NCBI GenBank assembly: GCA_963748625.1
Contig: CAVVJT010000007.1
Coordinates: 640,001 to 704,000 of the forward strand
Origin: an uncultured Chloroflexia bacterium
Lineage (GTDB): Bacteria > Chloroflexota > Limnocylindria > Limnocylindrales > CSP1-4
Length of the DNA: 64,000 nt
Direction: 5' to 3'
Positions 47,765 to 57,010 of this stretch are shown here, one piece after another. Under the pieces are notes generated by a model, which saw nothing but the letters and a program-made list of their open reading frames with translations, was not told the DNA's origin and made no database searches. Made by a program: the position numbers and the translations under genes. Each line of letters starts with the position of its first letter. Positions within the stretch are counted from its first letter, which is position 1.

Positions 47765-49726
47765 GTGACCGATCCGAAGCCGCTGGATCCCAGCTCCTGG
47801 GACAGCGCGAGCCCACTGGCCGAGGACTTCTACCACCACGTCAACCGGGCGTGGCTGGACGCGAACCCGGTGCCGGCCGAGTACCCCGCCTGGGGCGCCT
47901 TCATCGAGCTCGACCACCGGAACAAGGAGCTCACGCGAGACCTGCTGGAGGCAGCGGCCGACGCGTCGGTCGCCGGGACGGCCGATGCTGTCACGCGCCT
48001 CGTCGGCGACTTCTACGCGTCCGGGATGGACGAGGCGGCGATCGCTGCGGCGGGCGCGGAGCCACTGCGCCCGTTCCTGGACCGGATCGATACGCTCGCC
48101 TCGGTCGAGGATGTCCGCGCCTTCAACCTCGAGCTCCACATGAGCGGACTCGGCGCCTTCTTCGGCGTCGGCGTGGAGGCCGACTTCGAGGACGCGAACC
48201 AGTACCTGGCCTACGTGCAGCAGGCGGGCTTGTCGCTGCCGGAGAAGGGCTACTACCAGAACGACGACGAGAAGTCGGTGGCGCTGCGCGCGGCCTTCAC
48301 CGCCCACGTCGGCAACCAGTTCCGGAACCTCGGCTACCAGGATGACCGGGCGACTGGCGCGGCGGACGCGGTCCTCGCCTTCGAGACCCGCCTCGCCGGG
48401 GTGTCGCTGTCGCGCGAGGAGCAGCGGGATCCGCGCCGGACGATGAACCGCTTTGCGGTGGCCGCGCTCGACGACCTGATGCCGCTCACCCGCCTCTCAG
48501 CGTTCCTGCGCGAGCTTGGCGTCGGCAGCGAGACGGTCAGCGTGCAAAACCCCGCGTTCATGACCGCGCTGGACGCGATCCTCGTGGAGACCCCGCTCGA
48601 CACGGTCAAGGACGCCCTGCGCTGGCACCTCGTGCACGCCACCGCATCATCCCTGGCGCCGGCCTTCGAGAACGAGGCCTTCGCCTTCTTCGGACGGATC
48701 CTCGGTGGCCAGCAGGAGCAGCACCCTCGCTGGAAGCGCATCGTGGGCGCCGCATCGTCGGACCTGGGCGAGGCCGTCGGACAGCTGTTCGTGCGGGTGA
48801 CGTTCCCGCCCGAGGCCAAGGCACGGGTCGAGACGCTCGTGGGCCACCTGCTCACGTCGATGGGCGAGGCCATCCGCCGCAACGCGTGGATGACCGACAC
48901 GACCCGCGAGCAGGCCCTCACCAAGCTCGCCGGCTTCGGCTACAAGATCGGCTACCCGGACGAGTGGCGGGACTACGCCGCCCTCACGATGGACCGCTCC
49001 TCGTACCTCGCGAACCGCCTGGCCGCGGCGGCGTTCGAGCAGCGCCGGCAGCTGGGCCAGCTGGGCAAGCCGATGGACCGCGGCGAGTGGGCGATGCCGC
49101 CGCACGTCGTGAACGCCTACTACCACCCACTGCGCAACGAGATCGTCTTCCCGGCCGGAATCCTGCAGCCCCCGTTCTTCTGGCGCGAGGCGGACGACGC
49201 CGTCAACTACGGGGGCATCGGGACGGTGATCGGCCACGAGGTCACGCACGGCTTCGACGACACCGGGTCCCGCTTCGACGCCGCGGGCGCCCTGCGCGAC
49301 TGGTGGACCGAGGCCGACCGGACGGAGTTCGAGCGGCGCGCCGCCGTGCTGGTGGAGCAGTTCAGCGGCTACGAGGTGCTCGACGGCGTCAACGTCAACG
49401 GCCGCCTCACCCTGGGCGAGAACATCGCGGACCTCGGCGGTATCGCGGTCTCGCTCGACGCCATGCACGACGCCGTTCCCGCGGACGCGCCGCTCATCGA
49501 CGGCCTCACGCCGGACCAGCGCTTCTTCGCGGCCTACGCGACGATGTGGCGGACGGGATACACGGAGGCGTACGCACGCCTGCTGGCCAACGTGGACACC
49601 CACTCGCCGTCGATGTACCGGGTCAACGGCCCGCTCTCGAACACGCCGGCGTTCGCCGCCGCCTTCGGCATCGCCGAAGGGTCGCCCATGGCGCTCCGGG
49701 ACATCGAGCGCGCGAGGATCTGGTAG
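47765..49726 (+). CDS. M13-family metallopeptidase (PepO/neprilysin-like)
   Basis: DFYHHVN, VNAYY, FPAGILQPPFF, GHEVTHGFDD, GENIADLGG. Confidence 0.93.
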   Translation: MTDPKPLDPSSWDSASPLAEDFYHHVNRAWLDANPVPAEYPAWGAFIELDHRNKELTRDLLEAAADASVAGTADAVTRLVGDFYASGMDEAAIAAAGAEPLRPFLDRIDTLASVEDVRAFNLELHMSGLGAFFGVGVEADFEDANQYLAYVQQAGLSLPEKGYYQNDDEKSVALRAAFTAHVGNQFRNLGYQDDRATGAADAVLAFETRLAGVSLSREEQRDPRRTMNRFAVAALDDLMPLTRLSAFLRELGVGSETVSVQNPAFMTALDAILVETPLDTVKDALRWHLVHATASSLAPAFENEAFAFFGRILGGQQEQHPRWKRIVGAASSDLGEAVGQLFVRVTFPPEAKARVETLVGHLLTSMGEAIRRNAWMTDTTREQALTKLAGFGYKIGYPDEWRDYAALTMDRSSYLANRLAAAAFEQRRQLGQLGKPMDRGEWAMPPHVVNAYYHPLRNEIVFPAGILQPPFFWREADDAVNYGGIGTVIGHEVTHGFDDTGSRFDAAGALRDWWTEADRTEFERRAAVLVEQFSGYEVLDGVNVNGRLTLGENIADLGGIAVSLDAMHDAVPADAPLIDGLTPDQRFFAAYATMWRTGYTEAYARLLANVDTHSPSMYRVNGPLSNTPAFAAAFGIAEGSPMALRDIERARIW

Positions 49727-49756
49727 CCGGCACAGCCGGCCGAGGGAGGATCGAGG

Positions 49757-50602
49757 ATGACGTTTTCCATCGTCGCGCGGGACCCGGAGACCGGGGACGT
49801 CGGCATCGCGATCGCCTCCAAGGTGGTGGCCGTTGGGGCGGTTGCTCCGTTTGCGAAGGCGCTGGTGGGGGCGGTGGCGTCACAGTCGGCGCCCAACGTG
49901 ACCTACGGGCCGGACGGCCTCGCCCGCCTGGCCGCCGGGGAGCACCCCAAGGCGATCCTCCAGGCGCTCACCGCGCCCGACAGCATGGCCGCCATGCGCC
50001 AGGTGGGCATCGTGGACGCGACCGGGCGGGCGGCGAGCTACACCGGCGCCGAGTGCGTCGAGTGGGCCGGGGGCCGCGTCGGGCCGGGCGTTGCCGCGCA
50101 AGGCAACATGCTCACAGGCCCCGCGGTCGTGGACGCCCTGATCGACTCCTACCTCGCGGCCACCGGAAGCTTCCCCGAGCGGCTGCTCGCAGCGCTCCGC
50201 GCGGGTGACGCGGCCGGCGGGGACAAGCGCGGGCGCCAGTCGGCCGCGCTCCTCGTCCGCCGCGAGAAGGGCGGGATCGCGGGGCTCGACGACCGCTGGA
50301 TCGACCTCCGCGTGGATGACCACACGGATCCGACCGCGGAGCTTGCGCGCCTGTACGACCTGCTGGCGAAGCAGAACAACCCGCTGACGGCGGAGAACCT
50401 GCCCAAGGTCGCCTCGATGCTCGTGGGCACCGTGGCCAACTCCATCAAGCAGGCGATGTCGGGCGAGCCCAAGCCGGAGCCGCTGCTCGTGGCCTGGGAG
50501 CCGGAGGCACCCGCGGGCGACGACGCGCAGGCCCGGCGCGCACCGGCCGGGAGCGCACCGGCGGCGGGCGGGACGGCCGACGACGGCTCCATCGGCGGCT
50601 GA
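49757..50602 (+). CDS. DUF1028 family Ntn-hydrolase-like protein
   Basis: MTFSIVARD, AQGNML, GGDKRGRQSAALLV, DLRVDDH. Confidence 0.85.
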   Translation: MTFSIVARDPETGDVGIAIASKVVAVGAVAPFAKALVGAVASQSAPNVTYGPDGLARLAAGEHPKAILQALTAPDSMAAMRQVGIVDATGRAASYTGAECVEWAGGRVGPGVAAQGNMLTGPAVVDALIDSYLAATGSFPERLLAALRAGDAAGGDKRGRQSAALLVRREKGGIAGLDDRWIDLRVDDHTDPTAELARLYDLLAKQNNPLTAENLPKVASMLVGTVANSIKQAMSGEPKPEPLLVAWEPEAPAGDDAQARRAPAGSAPAAGGTADDGSIGG

Positions 50603-50610
50603 CCACCGCC

Positions 50611-51663
50611 GTGAGACTGCCCTCCCTCGGAGCCCGTCGCGACCACGCCGAGCGCTACCTCTTCCTGGTCGTCGCCGCCTTCGCAATCAGCGTGGCCGTG
50701 ACCCGCGTCTTCCTCGCCGCCACGGGTTACCCGAAGGTGGGCGGTGGCGGGCTGCACATCGCCCACATGCTCTGGGGCGGCCTGCTGCTCGTGGTCGCGT
50801 CGATCCTGCCACTGATGCTGGTGGGCAGCCGGGTACTCGTCGTGTCCGCGATCGCGGGCGGCGTGGGCGTGGGCCTGTTCATCGACGAGGTCGGCAAGTT
50901 CATCACCGAGAACAACAACTACTTCTTCGCCCCGGCGGCCCCGCTCATCTACGGCGCGGTCCTGCTCATGGTCTCGCTGCTGGTCATCGTGTCCCGACGG
51001 GGAGGCACCAGCCGCGACGCGCTCCAGGCGGCCGTCGAGGCAGCCCGCGAGAACGTTGACGGCCGCCTCACCCGCGAGCACCGGGACGAGGTCCTTGCAG
51101 GCCTCGAGCGGGTCCAGGAGGGTGGGGATCCAGCCCTCGCGTCGCTCGCGTCGCGATACACGGAGCTGCTGGTCTCACCAGAGGTCGAGGCCCGGCTCGG
51201 CACCACCGGCTGGCTGGACAACGGCGGACCCCAACGCCTCATCGAGCGCCTGCTGCCCGTCCGGCTCGAGCGCGCGCTCGTCTACCTGGGGCTGGGCTAC
51301 ACCGCCCTTGGCGCCGTCGTCTCGGCGCTGCTGCTCGTCGCCCTCCTCGGCTACGGGCCGCTGCCGCCGGTCGCGGACAACGGGCCCGTCGAGTTCCCGT
51401 CGGAGCCGTTCTGGACCTACGCGCTGCTCGCGGTCGCGACCGGGGTTGGCATCGCATCGGGGATCGCGGTGGTCCTGCTGGCGACCGGGCGCGCGCGCAG
51501 GGGCCTGCGCGTCGGAGCGGGGGCGACGCTCGTCAACCTGGTCGCCGGCGGCCTGCTCACCTTCTATGTGCAGCAGTTCGCGGCACTCGGCTCCACGGTC
51601 CTGCACCTCGCCATCCTTGGCCTCCTTCTCGACATGGGCCGGCGACTGGAGCAGCGGAGGTGA
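50611..51663 (+). CDS. Hypothetical multi-pass membrane protein
   Basis: HIAHMLWGG, GLFIDEVGKFIT...YFF; about 8 TM. Confidence 0.7.
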   Translation: MRLPSLGARRDHAERYLFLVVAAFAISVAVTRVFLAATGYPKVGGGGLHIAHMLWGGLLLVVASILPLMLVGSRVLVVSAIAGGVGVGLFIDEVGKFITENNNYFFAPAAPLIYGAVLLMVSLLVIVSRRGGTSRDALQAAVEAARENVDGRLTREHRDEVLAGLERVQEGGDPALASLASRYTELLVSPEVEARLGTTGWLDNGGPQRLIERLLPVRLERALVYLGLGYTALGAVVSALLLVALLGYGPLPPVADNGPVEFPSEPFWTYALLAVATGVGIASGIAVVLLATGRARRGLRVGAGATLVNLVAGGLLTFYVQQFAALGSTVLHLAILGLLLDMGRRLEQRR

Positions 51664-51997
51664 GGCGCCGGTGAGGCGCCCGCCGCTGCCCGCGGTGCTC
51701 CGGGAGGTGATCGACGACCGGGCAGGGCCCGGACCGGAGTCCAGAAGGGGGCAGAAGCGGGGCCGGGACGCACCGGATTCGGGTGCAGGTTGCGGTTTGG
51801 ATGCGCCCCGGCGTGCGTCGAGGCGAGGCAAGTTGGACAGTTCGCGCGACAGGCGGGCAAAGATGGCGTATTCTGCCGCGACGCCCCACCGTCGGGCGCA
51901 AGCACCAGCACGGCCGACTCGATCCCTCCCTCCCGGTCTCCGCAGAGGACTCGATCGCGGAAACCGGCACAAGACCACGAGGAGTGGATCAACCTTC

Positions 51998-52348
51998 ATG
52001 AACGTCGACCGGACGCTCACCTGCAGCGACTGCAACCAGTCGTTCACCTTCACTGTCAGCGAGCAGGACTTCTACGCCCAGAAGGGCTTCTCGGAGCCCC
52101 GCCGCTGCCCCAACTGCCGTGCCGCCCGCAAGGCGCAGCGCGGTGACTCCGGTGGTGGCAGCTACTCCAGCGGTGGCGGCTACTCCAGCGGCTCCAGCTT
52201 CGGTAGCGGCTACGGCTCCTCGCGCGGTCCGCGCGAGATGTTCACCGCAACCTGCTCGGCATGCGGCCAGGAGACCCAGGTCCCCTTCCGCCCCACGTCC
52301 GGCAAGCCGGTCTACTGCAGCGCCTGCTTCGCACAGCGCCGCGCCTGA
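51998..52348 (+). CDS. Double zinc-ribbon protein (CxxC-x17-CxxC type)
   Basis: CSDC...EQDFY..KGF.EPRRCPNC, Gly/Ser linker, CSAC...VPFRP...PVYCSAC. Confidence 0.88.
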   Translation: MNVDRTLTCSDCNQSFTFTVSEQDFYAQKGFSEPRRCPNCRAARKAQRGDSGGGSYSSGGGYSSGSSFGSGYGSSRGPREMFTATCSACGQETQVPFRPTSGKPVYCSACFAQRRA

Positions 52349-52392
52349 CCGCCGCCCGGGACGTTGACGTCCCGGATCCGCGCGCAACGACT

Positions 52393-52420
52393 ACGGCCCC
52401 CGGTCACCCGGGGGCCGTTT
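52393..52420 (+). terminator. Intrinsic terminator-like hairpin
   Basis: ACGGCCCCCGG-TCAC-CCGGGGGCCGT followed by TT; between convergent genes. Confidence 0.7.
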
Positions 52421-52562
52421 CGATTCACTGTGGGGTCGTGCGCCAGGCGGCCGGGATCGATCTCCTCCAACGCGATCCCGGCCGCGCGGCGCACGACCCG
52501 CGCACGGCCGCAGGCTGCCGCCGGCGCTCAGCCCTCGCCGACCAGCAGCCCTTGCCGGCCGC

Positions 52563-54008
52563 TTAGCCTTCGCCGGCCAGCAGCTCGAGCGCCTTGAGCA
52601 GCTGCGCGTCCCCCGCATCGACCAGCTGCTGCCAGGTGAGCCCCTTGACGTCATCGGGCTGGAGCGGTGCGACCGTGTCATCGAGCGTGACGGTCACGTC
52701 CGGCGCCAGTCCCTCGTGCCAGATCGGCCGGCCGTTGCGGGTGAGCCAGCGCTCCACGCCGATCCGCAGCGACGAGCCGTCCTTGAGGTCGTACTGGCCC
52801 AGGACGGTGCCGGTGCCGAACGTCTTCTCGCCCACGACCTTGCCGCGGCCCGCATCCTGAATCGCCCCGGACACGATCTCCGCCGAGCTGGCCGAGTCGC
52901 CGTCCGCGAGGACGATCAGTGGGATGTCGGTGGCCAGACCGCCCGGCTCGACCTTGTTGTCCTTGCGCTCCCCGCTGCGGTCGAACGCCTGGAACACGAC
53001 ACCGTCGGGCACGAACTGGCTCGCGACGGTGAGTGCCTCGCCGACATACCCACCGGGGTTGCCGCGCAGGTCGAAGACGATCGCCGTCGCGCCGGCCTCC
53101 TTCGCCTCGGTGATCGCCTTCTTGAGGGCGTCGCCTGCCCCGTTGGCGAACTGGTCCAGCCGGATCATCGCCACCGTGCGGTCCGGGATCATGGCCCAGG
53201 ACACGAGCGGCAGGTCGAACTTGCGGCGGGTGATGGTGACATCGAAGTCCGCCGACCCGGCACGGCCGATGGTCAGGGTGACGTCCTCGCCCTCCGGGCC
53301 GCGGACGCGCGAGATCGTCTGGTCGATGGCCTCGTCGGTGGTTGCCTTGCCGTCCACTTCGAGGATGCGGTCGCCCCGCTGAAGACCGGCCTCCTCGGCG
53401 GGCGTGTTCGGGATCACGGAGAAGACGTACGGCACGCCGTCCTTCTCCTCCTCGTTGACGCGGATGCCGACACCCACGAACGTGCCCGACAGCGACTCGT
53501 TGACGGCCTTGGACTCCTCGGCCGTGAGGAACGAAGTGTGGCCCTCGTCGCCGACGGCCTCCACAAGACCGCGGATCGCCGCGTACGCGAGCTCCTGGCT
53601 GTCCAGGTTCTCGGCATCGACGTAGTGCTCCTGGATGTCGTTCCAGGCCTCCTCGATCAGGGCCAGCTCCGCGTCGGGGTCACCGACGGCGAAGGACGGG
53701 CTGGTCGTGGCGATGGTGCCTGCTGCCGCTGCCGTGCCGGCCCGGCCGACGACGACGCCGCCGGCGAACAGGGTGATGGCAAGCACGGGGGCCAGCACGA
53801 GGGCGATGGCCTTGCCCAGGCCCTTGCCCCCGGTGGATGGAGCCGGAGTCGCGACCCCGACCGGTTCGCCAGCCGGGGTGGGCGTCGCGAGGGCCGGAGA
53901 CGCGAGGACCGGCGTGGGCGGAGTCAGCGTGGGCGGAGCCGGCGGCTCGATGGGTGCGGGGGCCGGTCCCTCGAGCGGGGACGCGTGATCGGGGGTCGGT
54001 TCGGTCAT
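52563..54008 (-). CDS. ctpA: S41-family C-terminal processing protease with PDZ domain
   Basis: GVGI, PAEEAGL, DLRGNPGG, SASSAEI, GEKTFGTG. Confidence 0.88.
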   Translation of the reverse strand: MTEPTPDHASPLEGPAPAPIEPPAPPTLTPPTPVLASPALATPTPAGEPVGVATPAPSTGGKGLGKAIALVLAPVLAITLFAGGVVVGRAGTAAAAGTIATTSPSFAVGDPDAELALIEEAWNDIQEHYVDAENLDSQELAYAAIRGLVEAVGDEGHTSFLTAEESKAVNESLSGTFVGVGIRVNEEEKDGVPYVFSVIPNTPAEEAGLQRGDRILEVDGKATTDEAIDQTISRVRGPEGEDVTLTIGRAGSADFDVTITRRKFDLPLVSWAMIPDRTVAMIRLDQFANGAGDALKKAITEAKEAGATAIVFDLRGNPGGYVGEALTVASQFVPDGVVFQAFDRSGERKDNKVEPGGLATDIPLIVLADGDSASSAEIVSGAIQDAGRGKVVGEKTFGTGTVLGQYDLKDGSSLRIGVERWLTRNGRPIWHEGLAPDVTVTLDDTVAPLQPDDVKGLTWQQLVDAGDAQLLKALELLAGEG

Positions 54009-54156
54009 GGTTCTCAGGGCTGCAAAGGATGGCCGAGACATGGTCGGCGGTTGACAGGATGCCTTGTCCACGCTTCAAGCGCGGTGGACGGATGGTGAAG
54101 TTGCCTTAGCCGAACCCGACTGTGGCCGCGCGGGCGGGCACGTGCAGGCGCGGATT

Positions 54157-54349
54157 CCATGCCCATGCGGATGAACGACCGTTCCATCCCTGCGCGGATG
54201 GATTCGGCCAACAATCCCCGTGGTGAGATCCGACCCGGGCGTACGGGGGTCACGCACCGAACCTCGAGTTCGGGCACCGGGCCCTGCGTGCAGGGCGCCG
54301 AAACCATCCGCAGGGGGATTGATTGGCGATTCGATCCCCGTGGGAATGA
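54157..54349. repeat. Repeat family D: five 18-bp boxes around a central hairpin
   Basis: CCATCC-N6-GGATGG-like boxes at 54157, 54184, 54212, 54304, 54332; core CCGAACCTCGAGTTCGG at 54257-54273. Confidence 0.6.
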
Positions 54350-54383
54350 AGTCGGGGCTGGGCAGGGCGGGCGGGGCGGGCAG

Positions 54384-54416
54384 GGCGTGGCGTGGCGTGG
54401 CATGGCGTGGCGTGGC
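54384..54416 (+). repeat. (GGCGT)n pentamer tandem repeat
   Basis: About six units with one mismatch, preceded by G-rich runs. Confidence 0.7.
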
Positions 54417-54443
54417 GGCGCGCGACCACGTGCAGCCTCCGGT

Positions 54444-55160
54444 CTACGGCTCCCGCATCAGCCGGCGTGCCGCCCGGGTCGCACGGACGAAGTGGCGCAG
54501 GTGGGCCACCGGCTTCACATGGCTCGGTTCGCCCGCGTAGATCGTGGAGATCGGCACCCAGTCCAGCGTCCACCCGCTGCGCAGGCAGACGGCGATCATC
54601 TCGACCTCGAACTCGAAGCCGCGTTCCTGCGATCCGAGCGTCGCGGCCATCAGCCGCCGCCCGAGAAGCCGGTAGCCCGACTGGTTGTCCGGGACGTGGC
54701 GGCCCACGGCCCACGAGAAGGCGGCCGTGCCAACCGTGTTCGACAGCCGGCGGACCGGCGGCATCCGGGCGAAGTCCCGCCGCCCGATGATCAGCTCCGG
54801 CCGCGGGCCCGATGCCCCCGGTGCCGCGAACGCCGCCACGAACCGCGGGATCTCGTCGGGATCGTGCTGGCCGTCCGCGTCCAGCGTGAGCACCGCGTCC
54901 CAGCCCTCGTCGAGCGCGAGGCGGAACCCGGCCCGGAGTGCCGCGCCCTTGCCCTGGTTGGGGACCTGGCGCAGGACCCGCGCGCCCGCAGCCTCCGCGA
55001 CGTCCGCCGTGTCATCGGAGGAGCCGTCATCCACGACGAGCACCGGCAGGTGGCGCAGCGTGCGCTCGACCACGGACCCGATCCGGGGGCCCTCCTCGTA
55101 GCCGGGGACGAGCGCCAGGATCCGGACCCCGGGCGCAGCATCCCCGACCGCAGGCGTCAC
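54444..55160 (-). CDS. Glycosyltransferase family 2
   Basis: VVDDGSSDDT, NQGKGAAL, LDADGQH, DNQSGYR, FEFEVEM. Confidence 0.9.
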   Translation of the reverse strand: MTPAVGDAAPGVRILALVPGYEEGPRIGSVVERTLRHLPVLVVDDGSSDDTADVAEAAGARVLRQVPNQGKGAALRAGFRLALDEGWDAVLTLDADGQHDPDEIPRFVAAFAAPGASGPRPELIIGRRDFARMPPVRRLSNTVGTAAFSWAVGRHVPDNQSGYRLLGRRLMAATLGSQERGFEFEVEMIAVCLRSGWTLDWVPISTIYAGEPSHVKPVAHLRHFVRATRAARRLMREP

Positions 55161-55843
55161 GACCCCGTCTTGAACTGGAGGCTCTTGACGATCGGAATCG
55201 CCTGGTTGAGCAGCCCGTCGAACACGGAGCCGTCGAAGGCATCGACGTCCACGACCACCGTGCCGCCGCCGGGCAGGTCGAGCAGGTAGAGGCGGAGCCG
55301 CTCGTTGCCCACCACGATCCAGTGGTAGCCCGCGTCACCGCCGTTGAACAGCGGCACGGTGGGCAGACCACCCGCGAAGGGGCAGGACGTGGTCCAGCCC
55401 TCCTTGATGCCCACGTCGATCATCTGGCCCGGCAGGCCGCCGATGGTGACCATCGCGGGCGGGCTGACCGTGAGGCCCGGGCGCTCCCGGATCCACTTGA
55501 CGAGCTCGGTGGAGGTGGTGCCCACCGTGGTGTCGGGCGCCGACGTGCAGGCGGCGTCCTGGATCGCGGCCTTCGGCGTGGCGAAGAAGTGGATGCCCGC
55601 GATCTCCGAGCCGAACGGGCGCATCTCCAGGTAGGCCGCACGGTCCACGGGGATCTCCCAGCCGTCGGGCAGGGTGTAGGTCGCGGTGGGCAGGAAGCCG
55701 AGCGAGGAGTAGGTGCCGGCCGGCAGTGCCTTGCCGCCCGAGGCGCTCGGGGCGGCGGTTGCAGCTCCCGAGCCACCGCACGCGGCGACGGCAAGGGCGG
55801 CCAGGGCAAGGACGAGGGCAAGGAACGGGCGGCGCCGGTTCAC
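55157..55843 (-). CDS. Hypothetical lipoprotein
   Basis: VNRRRPFLALVLALAALAVAAC lipobox; start position uncertain. Confidence 0.65.
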   Translation of the reverse strand: MNRRRPFLALVLALAALAVAACGGSGAATAAPSASGGKALPAGTYSSLGFLPTATYTLPDGWEIPVDRAAYLEMRPFGSEIAGIHFFATPKAAIQDAACTSAPDTTVGTTSTELVKWIRERPGLTVSPPAMVTIGGLPGQMIDVGIKEGWTTSCPFAGGLPTVPLFNGGDAGYHWIVVGNERLRLYLLDLPGGGTVVVDVDAFDGSVFDGLLNQAIPIVKSLQFKTGS

Positions 55844-55959
55844 GCGTTCGGACCTCCGGGTCGCGGTGGGACCGGCGGTGAGGCCGGCGGTTGTGGGGAC
55901 GCCGGCGGTCAGGCCGGCGGTTGAAGGGGCGCCGAGAGGGGCACCGCTTGGCGTCATTG

Positions 55960-56904
55960 TCAGGCCACCGGGGTGGTTCGGGCGAGTCCCTCGCCGAGGA
56001 GTCGGACCTGGTCCGGCGTGACACGGCAGCAGCCACCCACGAGGCGGGCCCCGGCAGCGCGCCAGCGCGCGGCAGCGGCCCCATCCACGTGCCCGGGGCC
56101 GGTGCCGGTCCAGCGCCGCTGCACCGCGTCCCAGCCCTCGCCGCTGTTGGGGTAGACGACGATTGGCAGTGCCGTGACCGCGTGCATCCGCTCGACCAAT
56201 TCGTCGGCGTGCTCGGGCGCCGTGCAGTTGAAGCCGACGGCAAGCACGCCGGGCATCCCGCTCACCGCCTGCACCGCCTCCTCCACCGGCACCCCGCTGT
56301 TGAGGTGGCCGCCGTCAGCGCACGAGAAGCTGATCCAGGCGGCCGCGCCGTCGACCTCACCGAGAAAGCTCGCGACGGCCACCGCCTCCTCGAGCTCCGG
56401 GATCGTCTCCACCGCCAGCACGTCGGGTCCCGCGGCGGCGAGCACCTCCAGGCGCTCGCGGTGGAAGTCGCGCAGCTGCTCCACGCTGAGGCCGTAGCGG
56501 CCCCGGTACTCCGAACCGTCGGCGAGCATCGCGCCGTAGGGTCCCACGGACGCCGCGACGAACAGCGGGACCTCGATCCCCTCGGATGCCGCGCGCTGGC
56601 GCGCCCGGTCGGCGAGGTCAACCGATCGACCCAGCAGGCCGACCGCGTCGTCGTGGGTGAGGCCACGCCGGGCGAAGCCCTCGAACGTCGCCTGGTAGCT
56701 GGCCGTGGTCGCCACGCGGGCGCCCGCCCGGAAGTAGGCGAGGTGCGCGTCGGCGATGGCCTCGGGCTCCTCGACCAGGAGGCGGGCCGACCAGAGGCGG
56801 TCTGACAGGTCGGCGCCCTGCGCCTCGAGCTGGGTGGCGAGGCCGCCGTCGAGGAGGAGGGCCCCCTCATCGGCCAGGGCGGAACGGAAGGCGCGGGAAT
56901 CCAT
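55960..56904 (-). CDS. mmuM: Homocysteine S-methyltransferase
   Basis: LDGGLATQLE, LWSA, SVGPYGA.LADGSEYRG, GFNC, YPNSGE, VGGCCR. Confidence 0.92.
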   Translation of the reverse strand: MDSRAFRSALADEGALLLDGGLATQLEAQGADLSDRLWSARLLVEEPEAIADAHLAYFRAGARVATTASYQATFEGFARRGLTHDDAVGLLGRSVDLADRARQRAASEGIEVPLFVAASVGPYGAMLADGSEYRGRYGLSVEQLRDFHRERLEVLAAAGPDVLAVETIPELEEAVAVASFLGEVDGAAAWISFSCADGGHLNSGVPVEEAVQAVSGMPGVLAVGFNCTAPEHADELVERMHAVTALPIVVYPNSGEGWDAVQRRWTGTGPGHVDGAAAARWRAAGARLVGGCCRVTPDQVRLLGEGLARTTPVA

Positions 56905-57010
56905 GGCGCGATGGTGCCACGTCCGTGCGCAGAGGGCTGCGGGACGGGCTGCGGGACGGGATCCGCGGGCGATACGCTCGCGGATGTCACCCTGTCACCC
57001 GGAGGTCCCC

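Noticed and set aside
51737-51850. Possible fifth box-core-box element (core AGGTTGCGGTTTGG)
   Set aside because: Boxes are too degenerate, and the region could simply be the zinc-ribbon gene promoter.
55860-55930. About 30-bp repeats between mmuM and the lipoprotein gene
   Set aside because: Only two to three degenerate units with no evident function.
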